Source: an uncultured bacterium (lineage in GTDB: Bacteria; Actinomycetota; Coriobacteriia; Coriobacteriales; Coriobacteriaceae). From it: a DNA stretch of 64,000 nucleotides. Of this stretch, positions 26,356-35,576 are shown one piece after another. The notes beneath the pieces are model-generated. The model saw only the letters and a program-made list of their open reading frames with translations, did not search any database and was not told where the DNA came from. How positions within the stretch are numbered: position 1 is the first letter of the stretch; each line of letters starts with the position of its first letter. The stretch is from contig CAJMOX010000009.1 of assembly GCA_905215135.1 (NCBI GenBank), positions 16,768 through 80,767 on the forward strand, given 5' to 3'. Made by a program: the position numbers and the translations under genes.

Positions 26356-28503
26356 TTACTTCCCCTGCACCATGGTGAGGGAGATTTTCTTGCGGTCCCG
26401 ATCGACCTTTTCGACCCACACCTTTACCGTGTCACCGACGCGCACCACGTCGCTCGGGTGCTTGACAAAGCGGTTGGCCAGCTTGGAGATGTGCACGAGG
26501 CCGTCCTGGTGCACGCCCACGTCGACAAAGGCGCCAAAGTCGACGACGTTGCGCACTGTGCCCTTGAGTTCCATGCCGGGTTCCAGGTCATCGATGGAAA
26601 GCGCCGAGCGGCTAAAGACCACCTCGGGCGCGTCGTCGCGCGGGTCGCGCCCGGGCTTCTTGAGCTCGTTGACGATGTCGATGAGCGTCAGGGTGCCGCA
26701 GTCCAGGTCGCTTGCCAGTGCCGAGATGCTGCCCAGGCGGCGCTCGATGTCGGGCACGCCGCCACGGCTGAGCTCGCTTGTCGCAACGCCGGCGCGTTCC
26801 AGGACGGCCGTGGCCACCTCGTAGCTCTCAGGGTGGACACTTGTCGCGTCGAGTGGGTTCTTGCCGCCACTGATGCGCAGGAAGCCCGCGGCGTTGAGAT
26901 ACGCCTTGGGCCCCAGCTTGGGGACCTTCTTAAGCTGACGGCGATCGGTAAAGGCGCCGTTTTCCTCGCGGTAGGCCACGATATTCTTGGCCACGCTCGG
27001 TGTGATGCCAGATACATATCCCAGCAGGCTCGCGCTCGCGGTGTTTACATCGACGCCCACGCGGTTGACGACGTCCTCCACCACGTAGCCCAGGGTGCGC
27101 GAAAGCTCGGCTTGGTCAAGATCGTGCTGGTACTGGCCGACGCCGATGGACTGGGGCGGAATCTTGACGAGCTCTGCCAGCGGGTCTTGCAGGCGGCGGC
27201 CTAGGCTCATGGCGCCGCGCACGGTGACGTCCAGGTCGGGATATTCCTGGCTGGCGAGCTCGGAGGCGGAGTACACAGATGCGCCGGCCTCGTTGACGAT
27301 GGTGTAGCGCAACCCGGGCGCCTGCTCGGTAATGAACTCCGAGACGACTTCCTCGGTCTCGCGGCTGGCGGTGCCGTTGCCGATGACGATGGTGTTGACG
27401 CCGTCCTTCTTGACGAGGCGGGCGAGCTCGCGCTTGGTGCCGGCGACGTCGTGGCGCGGCTTGGTGGGATAGACCACGCCGTGGTCGAGTAGCTTGCCGG
27501 TCTCGTCCATGACGGCGACCTTGCAGCCGGTGCGGTAGCCCGGATCGAGCGCGAGCACGCGGGCGCCGCGCACGGGGCGCGCCGAGAGCAAGCCCTCGAG
27601 ATTCTTGGCAAAGACGTTGATGGCCTCGGTCTGGGCGCGAACGGTGAGTTTGGCGCGGGCCTCGCGCTCCAGCGAGGGGGCCATGAGGCGCTTGTAGCCA
27701 TCGGCGATGGCGGCGTCAAAGACGGGGGCAAACACGCCCTGGCGACGGGGCCAGCGGCTGCCGAGGCGTGCCGTGGCAGCAGCGCCGTCGACGTTCACGC
27801 GCACGCGGAGCTTGCCCTCGCGCTCACCGCGGTCGATAGCCAGCACGCGGTGGTTGGGTATACGGCGCAGCGGCTCATCATAGCTGTAGTACGGCTCGTA
27901 GGGGGTCTTCTCGGCGGGGTCGGTGGCCTCGACGACGATGTCGGCGGTGTTTTGCGTAAAGGCGCGCAGGTCGGCGACGTTCTCGGGATCTTCAGCCACC
28001 GTCTCGGCCACGATGTCGGCGGCGCCGGCGAGCGCCTTTTCGGGCGTGTCGAAGCCGGCCTCCTCGTTGACATAGTCCGCGGCGGCGTCGAGCGCGCTGC
28101 CCTTGGCCGAGGCCTGCATGATGATCATGTTGGCGAGCGGCTCCAGGCCGGCCTCGCGTGCCTTCTGCGCGCGGGTCATGCGCTTTTTGCGGTAGGGCTT
28201 GTAGAGGTCCTCGACACGCTGGAGCTGTGTGGCCTCGCGAATCTGTTGCTCGAGCTCGGGCGTGAGTTTGCCCTGGGCGCCGATGAGCAGAATGACGTTC
28301 TCTTTGCGCTGCTCAAGATTACGCAGGTAGGACAGGCGCTCGTCGAGCGCGCGCAGGGCGACATCGTCCATGCCGCCCGTGGCTTCCTTGCGGTAGCGCG
28401 AGATAAAGGGAATGGTGTTTCCCTCGTCGATGAGCTTGACGGCCGCCTCGACGTTGGCGGCCTTAAGGTTGAGCTCGCGCGCGAGCTGGGCGATAAGATC
28501 CAT
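26356..28503 (-). CDS. tex: Tex family RNA-binding transcriptional accessory protein
   Basis: EGNTIPFISRYRKEATG, DPGYRTGCK, GNGTASRE, RRLQDPLAELVKI, C-terminal S1 (FGAFVDVGVHQDGLVHIS). Confidence 0.95.
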   Translation of the reverse strand: MDLIAQLARELNLKAANVEAAVKLIDEGNTIPFISRYRKEATGGMDDVALRALDERLSYLRNLEQRKENVILLIGAQGKLTPELEQQIREATQLQRVEDLYKPYRKKRMTRAQKAREAGLEPLANMIIMQASAKGSALDAAADYVNEEAGFDTPEKALAGAADIVAETVAEDPENVADLRAFTQNTADIVVEATDPAEKTPYEPYYSYDEPLRRIPNHRVLAIDRGEREGKLRVRVNVDGAAATARLGSRWPRRQGVFAPVFDAAIADGYKRLMAPSLEREARAKLTVRAQTEAINVFAKNLEGLLSARPVRGARVLALDPGYRTGCKVAVMDETGKLLDHGVVYPTKPRHDVAGTKRELARLVKKDGVNTIVIGNGTASRETEEVVSEFITEQAPGLRYTIVNEAGASVYSASELASQEYPDLDVTVRGAMSLGRRLQDPLAELVKIPPQSIGVGQYQHDLDQAELSRTLGYVVEDVVNRVGVDVNTASASLLGYVSGITPSVAKNIVAYREENGAFTDRRQLKKVPKLGPKAYLNAAGFLRISGGKNPLDATSVHPESYEVATAVLERAGVATSELSRGGVPDIERRLGSISALASDLDCGTLTLIDIVNELKKPGRDPRDDAPEVVFSRSALSIDDLEPGMELKGTVRNVVDFGAFVDVGVHQDGLVHISKLANRFVKHPSDVVRVGDTVKVWVEKVDRDRKKISLTMVQGK

Positions 28504-28923
28504 GGGACTCCTTGCGTTTGAGGTGCGTTTGCAGCACAGAGCTACCAAGGATACCACCTGCCACTTCGCTCAAAAAAGACTGTTTTGGCGCGGGACCACG
28601 AAAGCGGCCTATCTACTACGTTTGAACCGTGTGGGTCGACCATCCCCCGGTTTTCCGAAAATGCGCAAGCCGTTTACCTGCGGTTTTTATTTCGCGAAAT
28701 TCGGTATGGATGAGGGTGATTGGTTAAACGTAGTAGATAGACACATTTCGTGGCGAACGAATCAAGCTAAGGTGCAAAAAGTCCCCCGTCCCAGAAAAAT
28801 CATTGGCAACGTAGCAAAATGCCCCGCGGGCAGGAGGCTGCTCGCGGGGCAAAGAAGAGGGGCTTATTTGTGGCGGACCGAGGGGCCCGGCATGGGGTTT
28901 CTGCCGCGGCCTGTCCTAAGGTG

Positions 28924-29964
28924 CTACAGCTCGACGAGCTGGCCGGTCTCGGCGGCCTCCTTGATGGCGTTGAGAAGCGTGAGCGTCTTGACGTTATCGG
29001 CGGGGGTTACGACGGGCTCAACTTCGCGGCGGACGACCTTCACAAAGTGCTTGAGCTGCATCTTGTGCGGCAGCGCCGGGTCGACGGCCGGAATCTCCAT
29101 CTGCAGCGGCTTGTGCCAGTTGGAGGCGCCGTCGTAGGAGAACTGGTGCAGGCGGGGCAGCGACAGGGCGCCCTTGGTACCGCCAATAAAGTAGGCATCG
29201 GCGTCGAAGGGGCGGTACTGCGGGTCCTCGCGAGCGGTGGCCTCCCAGTTCCAGGGGCTGGCGGTGGCATCGGAGATGGTCATGCTTGCGAGCGCGCCAT
29301 CGGCAAAACGGACGTTGACCACAGCGGAGTCCTCGGTCTCAAAACCGCGGGCGGCGCTGGACTGCATGCCCTGGACGGCGACGGGCTCGCCCAGCAGGTA
29401 GCGGAGCAGGTCGACGTCGTGCACCAGGTTGACCAGGATCGGGCCGGCACCCTTTTTGCGGCGCCACTCGACATCAAAGTACTCGTCATTCTTATAGATT
29501 ATGTAGTGGAAGCTCGACACGGTGAGCTTGCCCAGCTCACCGGACTCGATGATCTCCTTGGCCTTGTTGACGAAGGGGTTGTGGCGACGGTGCTGGCCCA
29601 CGAGCACGGGAACGCCGGCGGTCTCGGCCTCGGCGGCAAAGGCCTGGGCATCCTCGAGATCGTTGGAGATCGGCTTTTCGACCAGCGGCACGATGTTGCG
29701 CTTGATGGCCTCGCGGGCAACGCCCAGGTGCAGGTCGTTGGGGGTGGCGATGATGACGGCCTCGGGCTTGATCTCGTCCATCATCTGGGCGGGATCGGTG
29801 AAGAACGGCACGCCGGCGGCCTCGGCCGTGGCGCGGGCGCCCTCAAAGGCGTCGGCGATGGCGACGAGCTCGGCCTCGGGCTCCTCGGTGACAAAGCGGA
29901 TGTGGTTGCGGCCCATGGCGCCGGCGCCGATGACGGCGATGCGGACGGGGTTGAGCTCAGACAT
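28924..29964 (-). CDS. Gfo/Idh/MocA family oxidoreductase
   Basis: IGAGAMG, ATPNDLH, VEKP, HDVD. Confidence 0.92.
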   Translation of the reverse strand: MSELNPVRIAVIGAGAMGRNHIRFVTEEPEAELVAIADAFEGARATAEAAGVPFFTDPAQMMDEIKPEAVIIATPNDLHLGVAREAIKRNIVPLVEKPISNDLEDAQAFAAEAETAGVPVLVGQHRRHNPFVNKAKEIIESGELGKLTVSSFHYIIYKNDEYFDVEWRRKKGAGPILVNLVHDVDLLRYLLGEPVAVQGMQSSAARGFETEDSAVVNVRFADGALASMTISDATASPWNWEATAREDPQYRPFDADAYFIGGTKGALSLPRLHQFSYDGASNWHKPLQMEIPAVDPALPHKMQLKHFVKVVRREVEPVVTPADNVKTLTLLNAIKEAAETGQLVEL

Positions 29965-29992
29965 TTCGACTCCTTAATACTGGTGACCGGTG

Positions 29993-30025
29993 GAATGCGA
30001 CAAAGGGTCTGTCCCTTTGTCGCAT
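29993..30025. repeat. REP-like palindrome
   Basis: gaatgcgacaaagggtctgtccctttgtcgcat. Confidence 0.75.
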
Positions 30026-30033
30026 CGGTAAAA

Positions 30034-31290
30034 CTAGGCGGACTTCTTCTTGCTGTCGGAGACCATCATGTAGACGGTGAGCACGACGGCGATGGCGGCG
30101 ATCACGATGGCGCCGTAGAAGGACTGCTGGTAGGCGGCGCTGCCGGCCTCGGCGTGATACAGCACGGCGGTAATGGGCTGGCTGATCCAAGTAGAAGCGG
30201 CGTAGCCCAAGAACATGATGCCGTAGTTGACGCCGATGTTGCTGGTGCCAAAGGCGCCACCGGTGAGCGGCGGGTAGATGACGAGCAGGGCGCCAAAGCT
30301 AAAGCCGAGCAGGGCGAGCGCCACAAAGAACATGCTCTGCGTAAAGCTCATCGACATGATGACGAGGGCGACGATGGTGACGACAAGGCTGATGAGCAGC
30401 GACTTATAGGCGCCGAGCTTGTCGATGATCTGACCAAAGGACAGGCGGCCAACCAGGTTGGCGCAGGTGTTGACGGAGACCACCACACCGCCGAGGGCGA
30501 CGGCTGCGGCGCTCGTGGGGTCGGCGAAGAGCTGGACGGCGGCGATGGAGGCAACCTTGCCCACGAGCAGGGTACCCGCGGTGGCGGCAAAGGCGAAGGT
30601 GACGATGAGGACCCAGAAGCGCGGGGTCTTGACCATCTCGCCCGGGGTGAGGTCGCCGAAGGTGCCGGCATGTGCGCCGCCCTTGGGGGCCTCGAAGCCC
30701 TCGGGCAGCCAGCCGGCCTTGGGGGCCTTCAGGAACAGGGCGGAGGCGGCGATCGTCACAAAGAAGATGACGCCGAGTGCCTTGAGGGCGCCAAAGATGC
30801 CCAGGCTCGGGATGAGCAGTGAGGCGAGCACCGGGGACAGCACGGCGGGGCCGGCGGTCGAAGCGGCGAGCGTAATGCCGGAGGCGAGGCCCTTCTTGTC
30901 GATAAACCACTTTTGGCCCGTGGTGAGTGCCGGGTTGTAGCCCAGGCCGTTGCCGACAGCGGCGACGAGCGAGAACCACAGGTAGAACTGCCACGGCTCG
31001 GTGACGGTGCCGGACATGAACCAGCCCAGGCCGTAGCACACGGCGGCGGCGATCACGACGTTGCGCGGGCCGATCTTATCGGAGATGCGACCGGCGAAGA
31101 TGCCCGTCACGGCCATGATGGTCTGAAAGACCGGGAAAGCCCAGGTAAGGGCGCTGGACCACTCGGGGTAGACGGCGAGCAGGTTCTTGCTCACGACGGA
31201 ATACAGCGCGATGGAGCTGATGAAGAACATGGTGACGCACGCGGCGGAAAGCACGACGGTGCGACCCTTGTTGGAGTTGGTGGAAGCCAT
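30034..31290 (-). CDS. MFS transporter (OFA/MCT-like)
   Basis: GRISDKIGPR, KWFIDKKGLASG, EMVKTPRFW, FGTSNIGVNYG. Confidence 0.9.
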   Translation of the reverse strand: MASTNSNKGRTVVLSAACVTMFFISSIALYSVVSKNLLAVYPEWSSALTWAFPVFQTIMAVTGIFAGRISDKIGPRNVVIAAAVCYGLGWFMSGTVTEPWQFYLWFSLVAAVGNGLGYNPALTTGQKWFIDKKGLASGITLAASTAGPAVLSPVLASLLIPSLGIFGALKALGVIFFVTIAASALFLKAPKAGWLPEGFEAPKGGAHAGTFGDLTPGEMVKTPRFWVLIVTFAFAATAGTLLVGKVASIAAVQLFADPTSAAAVALGGVVVSVNTCANLVGRLSFGQIIDKLGAYKSLLISLVVTIVALVIMSMSFTQSMFFVALALLGFSFGALLVIYPPLTGGAFGTSNIGVNYGIMFLGYAASTWISQPITAVLYHAEAGSAAYQQSFYGAIVIAAIAVVLTVYMMVSDSKKKSA

Positions 31291-31356
31291 TGGACTCTTT
31301 CTAATCGATGCGGGGGAGGGGCGGACACGTCCGCGGGGCCTCCCTGTCAGGCTGGT

Positions 31357-32238
31357 TTACTGGTCGGTCGGCTTTGCGACGCCGGACTCGTCAGACCAAA
31401 GCTCGACACCCTTGTTCTTGAGGTAGTTGTCGGCAAAGGCTCGGCGGCCGCCGGGCTTGGCGGTGAGGTCGCCCATCATATTGGAGAAGCCGCCATCGAC
31501 CTTGATGGCGTCGCCGGTGGTAAAGTCCGAGCGCTTGGACGCCAGGAACATGACGGCGTTGGCGATATCGCTGACCTCGCCGATGCGGCGCGTGGCGATC
31601 AGGCGGCTGCGGCTCTTCTCGACCTCGGGGTCGGCGTAAAAGCTCGCCGACATGGGGGTCTTAACAAAGCAGGGCTCGACGCAATTGGAGCGCACGCCGT
31701 AGGGGCCCCACTCGGCAGCCAGCATCTTGGACATCATGTTGACGCCCGCCTTGGTGGAGCTGTACACGCCCGAGAACGTCTCGGGGGAGTGGCTGGCAAC
31801 GGTCGAGATGTGCACCAGGCGACCCTGGCCGGCCTTGATCATCTCGCGACCAAAGCGCTGCGAGGTGATGAAGTAGCCGGTGAGATTGACGTTGAGGACC
31901 TCGTTCCAGTCACTCAGCGGCAGGTCTTCCATGGCTGCGAAGCGCAGGATGCCGGCAGTGTTGACGAGGACGTCGACGCGGCCGAAGTCGGCGATGGCGG
32001 CATCGACAGCGGCCTGAACCTCGGCCTCGTCGGTGGCGTTCATCTTGTAGCCCTCGGCGTGGATGCCAAACTCGGCGGCGAGGTCGGCAGCTGTGGCCTT
32101 GACCTTCTCCTCGTCCAGGTCGAGCAGGACAACGTTGGCGCCGTTGCGGGCGAACTCGCGGCAGATCTCGACGCCCATGCCGCCGAGCGCGCCGGTCACA
32201 GCGCAGACATCGCCCTCGAGCTTAAGCCAGTTGCTCAT
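31357..32238 (-). CDS. SDR family NAD(P)-dependent oxidoreductase
   Basis: TGALGGMG, NTAG, YSSTK (YxxxK), VDGG. Confidence 0.92.
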   Translation of the reverse strand: MSNWLKLEGDVCAVTGALGGMGVEICREFARNGANVVLLDLDEEKVKATAADLAAEFGIHAEGYKMNATDEAEVQAAVDAAIADFGRVDVLVNTAGILRFAAMEDLPLSDWNEVLNVNLTGYFITSQRFGREMIKAGQGRLVHISTVASHSPETFSGVYSSTKAGVNMMSKMLAAEWGPYGVRSNCVEPCFVKTPMSASFYADPEVEKSRSRLIATRRIGEVSDIANAVMFLASKRSDFTTGDAIKVDGGFSNMMGDLTAKPGGRRAFADNYLKNKGVELWSDESGVAKPTDQ

Positions 32239-32472
32239 AGGAACTTCCCTTCTTGTGCCTCCCTGTGGGCCGCTCCCATTAATCGACCCACGTGGTTTTC
32301 GCTGGTTATCGTATGCTTTGCATTTGCGCAGGTGAATTGCATATTTGTTAGAATGGCGTAAACCTACGGTTTATAGTTCGCAAGACGAATAGCCCTTATT
32401 GAGTGTGTGACCTGCCAAAACACCTCCCCCCTCGGCGGCGCACGGCCATACGTCTGGAAACGGGAGATTGAC

Positions 32473-33351
32473 GTGTACGATCGACGACTCGAGGCCATAA
32501 CGGCCGCCGCGGAGCTGGGAAGCTTCTCGCGCGCCGCGGCAAAACTGCGCGTGTCGACCCCGGCACTCGTCAAACAGGTGTCAAGATTCGAGGCCGAGTT
32601 TGGCATCACGCTGTTCGAGCGCTCGCATTCGGGCGTCAAGGTGACGCCGGCGGGGGCGCTTCTGGTGGACGACGCGCGCTCGATTATGCGCCAGTCCGAG
32701 GATGCCCTGCGTCGTGCCCGACGCGCAGCGGGCGATGGCGGCGCCGTGCGTCTGGGCGTGTCGATGATGTGCCCGGGGCGCCAAACGCTGTCGATGTGGC
32801 CGAGTGTGCACGAGCTGGAGCCGTCGCTGCGCTTTGAGATTGTGCCGGTGAGTGACCTCTACGATGAGCGCGAGACCGTCATGCGCAGTCTTGGTCGCGA
32901 AGTGGATGTAGTGCAGTCGAGTTTTTCGACCCCGCGCTGGGGCGACGCCTGCCAAAAGCTCCTTATCGTCAACGTACCGTTTTATATTGATGTGCCGCGC
33001 ACGAGCCCGCTTGCGCGCAAGACGCGCATCACGGTTGCCGACCTGGAGGGCATGCGCCTGCGCGTGCTCCGTCACGGCAACGACGCTATGGACAGCCTGC
33101 GCATCGACCTGTTGGCCGACGGCGGCGTGGACGTGATCGACGTGGATAGCTTCGACTTTGCGCTCTTTAACGAGGCGGAGGAAAAGGGCGATGCGGTGCT
33201 CACCTGCGGAGCGTGGTCGGGCGTGCACCCGGCCTTTGTGGGCGTACCGTTTCTATGCGGTCGCGAGGTGCCGGTCTATTTGCACTACCCGCTCGAGCCC
33301 ACCCTCCAAGTCCAAAAATTCGTCAACGCCATGGCCCAACTCCTCAACTAG
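32473..33351 (+). CDS. LysR family transcriptional regulator
   Basis: GSFSRAAAKLRVSTPALVKQV...LFERS..GV.VTPAG; divergent from the SDR gene; GGGAG RBS before GTG. Confidence 0.9.
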   Translation: MYDRRLEAITAAAELGSFSRAAAKLRVSTPALVKQVSRFEAEFGITLFERSHSGVKVTPAGALLVDDARSIMRQSEDALRRARRAAGDGGAVRLGVSMMCPGRQTLSMWPSVHELEPSLRFEIVPVSDLYDERETVMRSLGREVDVVQSSFSTPRWGDACQKLLIVNVPFYIDVPRTSPLARKTRITVADLEGMRLRVLRHGNDAMDSLRIDLLADGGVDVIDVDSFDFALFNEAEEKGDAVLTCGAWSGVHPAFVGVPFLCGREVPVYLHYPLEPTLQVQKFVNAMAQLLN

Positions 33352-33366
33352 CTCATTTGGCGCGGG

Positions 33367-33458
33367 TAGTCTTTTTGGGACGGGGCTTTTTTAGCTACTT
33401 TCGCCGCCCTGCCTGCGCACCCTCAAAGTAGTCAAAAAGCCCCGTCCCAAAAAGACTA
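33367..33458. repeat. Inverted pair of GGGACGGGG REP-like units (~35-bp arms)
   Basis: tagtctttttgggacggggcttttttagctacttt / aaagtagtcaaaaagccccgtcccaaaaagacta. Confidence 0.8.
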
Positions 33459-33465
33459 ACAAAAC

Positions 33466-33493
33466 GAGGCCCTGGCCAAACGGCCAGGGCCTC
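33466..33493. terminator. 12-bp perfect hairpin, likely terminator
   Basis: gaggccctggcc-aaac-ggccagggcctc, with a T-tract on the minus strand. Confidence 0.7.
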
Positions 33494-33536
33494 ACTAACC
33501 TTTATTCCGTTTTAAACAACGGGCTGATTGCGCGCA

Positions 33537-33642
33537 GGAGGGTGCCCCGGGGCGGCGGGGTATTTCCTCCGCGCGCAGTTTCGCAGCGAAGCGAGAATGT
33601 TTGAGCACGGAGGAATTACCCCGACGCCCCGGGGCACCCTCC
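33537..33642. repeat. Long imperfect inverted repeat
   Basis: ggagggtgccccggggcg.cggggta.ttcctccg ... cggaggaattaccccgacgccccggggcaccctcc. Confidence 0.75.
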
Positions 33643-33656
33643 GTCAGTAACCGTTC

Positions 33657-35576
33657 CTACTCCAGCTCAAACGCACCCGTGTACAGCTGGTAGTAGTACC
33701 CGCGCTTGGCGATCAGCTCGTCGTGGTTGCCGCGCTCGATGATACGGCCGTGGTCCAGACAGATGATCGCGTCGGAGTTGCGCACGGTGGACAGGCGGTG
33801 TGCGATGACAAACGTCGTGCGGCCCTCCATGAGCTTATCCATGCCCTCCTGCACGATGGCCTCGGTGCGGGTGTCGATACTCGACGTAGCCTCGTCCAGA
33901 ATCATCGCCGGCGGATCGGCGACGGCAGCGCGGGCTATCGAGATCAGCTGGCGCTGGCCCTGCGACAGCTGGGCGCCGTTGCCGGTGAGCATGGTGTCAT
34001 AGCCGTCGGGCAGGCGGGTGATAAAGTCGTCCGCGCCCGCGAGCTTGGCCGCCGCGATGCACTCCTCGTCGGTCGCATCCAGGTTGCCGTAGCGGATGTT
34101 ATCCATCACGGTGCCGGTGAACAGGTTCACGTCCTGCAGCACGACGCCCAGGCTTCGGCGCAGGTCGGCCTTGCGGATCTTGTTGACGTTGATGCCGTCG
34201 TAGCGGATCTTGCCGTCGGCGATGTCGTAGAAGCGGTTGATGAGGTTGGTGATGGTCGTCTTGCCGGCACCGGTGGCGCCGACAAACGCGACCTTCTGGC
34301 CCGGCTTGGCAAACACGGACACGCCGTGCAGCACCTCGTGGTCGGGCGTGTAGCCAAAGTCGACGTTGTCCATGACCAGGTCGCCGCGCAGCGGTACGTA
34401 CTCGATCTCGCCGGTTGCGCGGTGCGGATGTTTCCACGCCCACATGCCGGTGTGGTGGTCCGCCTCCTCGAACTCCCAAGTCTCGGGGTTCACCTGCGCG
34501 TTGACGAGTGTCACGTAGCCTTCGTCGGCCTCGGGCTTCTCGTCGATGAGCTCAAAGATGCGGTCGGCGCCGGCGAGGCCCATGACCACGGCGTTGATCT
34601 GCTGTGAGATCTGGCCGATCTGTCCGCAGAACTGCTTGGTCATGTTGAGGAACGGCACCACGACGGCGATGGACAGCGCCATGCCCGAGATGCTCAGGTT
34701 GGGCACGCCCAGCGCCAGGAAAATGCCGCCCGCCAGTGCGACCAGCACGTAGAGCAGGTTGCCCAGGTTCATAAGGATGGGCATGAGGATGTTGGCGTAC
34801 ATGTTGGCCTTCTGCGAGACCTCGAAGAGCTTTTCGTTGCGCTCGTCAAAATCGGCCTCGGCGGCAGACTCGTGGCAGAACGCCTTGACGACCTTCTGGC
34901 CGTTCATGACTTCCTCGATATGGCCCTCGACCACGCCGAGTTCGGTCTGCTGTGCAATGAAGAAACGCGCGGAGTTGGAGCCGAGCAGCTTGGTCATAAA
35001 GGTCATAAAGGCGACGCCGGCGATGATGACCAGGCACATCCACACACTGTAGTACAGCATGATAAAGAACACCGTGACGATGATGATGATCGTCATGAGC
35101 AGGTTGGGCAGCGACTGACTGATCATCTGGCGCAGCGTATCGATGTCGTTGGTGTAGTGGCTCATGATATCGCCGCGCTGGTGCGTGTCGAAGTAGCGGA
35201 TCGGCAGGTCCTGCATGCGGTTGAACATCTTCTCGCGCAGCTTCTCGAGCGAGCCCTGCGTGACGATGGCCATGGCGCGGTTCCAGAAGAGCGAGGACAG
35301 GACGCCGACGCCGTAGATGCAGGCGAGGGTGGTCACAAGCTGCAGAATCTTGGGCTGTGCGGCTTCCCAATCGCCCGACTGCCACGATTCGCTAATAATC
35401 TGCAGGGCGCTCTGCAAGAAGGTCGCGCCGATGGAGTTGATGATGGCGCAGAGCACCACGCCGGCGACGACAAGGGGCAAAAGCACGGGATAGAAGCCAA
35501 AGAGCGTCTTGATGAGGCGCGACATGGTGCCGCCCTTACGGTTGAGCGCGCGCTCGGCCGTCGTTGCCTTACTCAT
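33657..35576 (-). CDS. ABC exporter, fused permease/ATPase (heterodimer subunit)
   Basis: GATGAGKT, LSQGQRQ, ILDEATS, IAHRLST. Confidence 0.93.
   Translation of the reverse strand: MSKATTAERALNRKGGTMSRLIKTLFGFYPVLLPLVVAGVVLCAIINSIGATFLQSALQIISESWQSGDWEAAQPKILQLVTTLACIYGVGVLSSLFWNRAMAIVTQGSLEKLREKMFNRMQDLPIRYFDTHQRGDIMSHYTNDIDTLRQMISQSLPNLLMTIIIIVTVFFIMLYYSVWMCLVIIAGVAFMTFMTKLLGSNSARFFIAQQTELGVVEGHIEEVMNGQKVVKAFCHESAAEADFDERNEKLFEVSQKANMYANILMPILMNLGNLLYVLVALAGGIFLALGVPNLSISGMALSIAVVVPFLNMTKQFCGQIGQISQQINAVVMGLAGADRIFELIDEKPEADEGYVTLVNAQVNPETWEFEEADHHTGMWAWKHPHRATGEIEYVPLRGDLVMDNVDFGYTPDHEVLHGVSVFAKPGQKVAFVGATGAGKTTITNLINRFYDIADGKIRYDGINVNKIRKADLRRSLGVVLQDVNLFTGTVMDNIRYGNLDATDEECIAAAKLAGADDFITRLPDGYDTMLTGNGAQLSQGQRQLISIARAAVADPPAMILDEATSSIDTRTEAIVQEGMDKLMEGRTTFVIAHRLSTVRNSDAIICLDHGRIIERGNHDELIAKRGYYYQLYTGAFELE

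Noticed and set aside
26102..26824. Third transaldolase-related ORF (MVIGFHILP...)
   Set aside because: Only 19 bp match the tal 3' end; the remainder is intergenic or antisense to tex.
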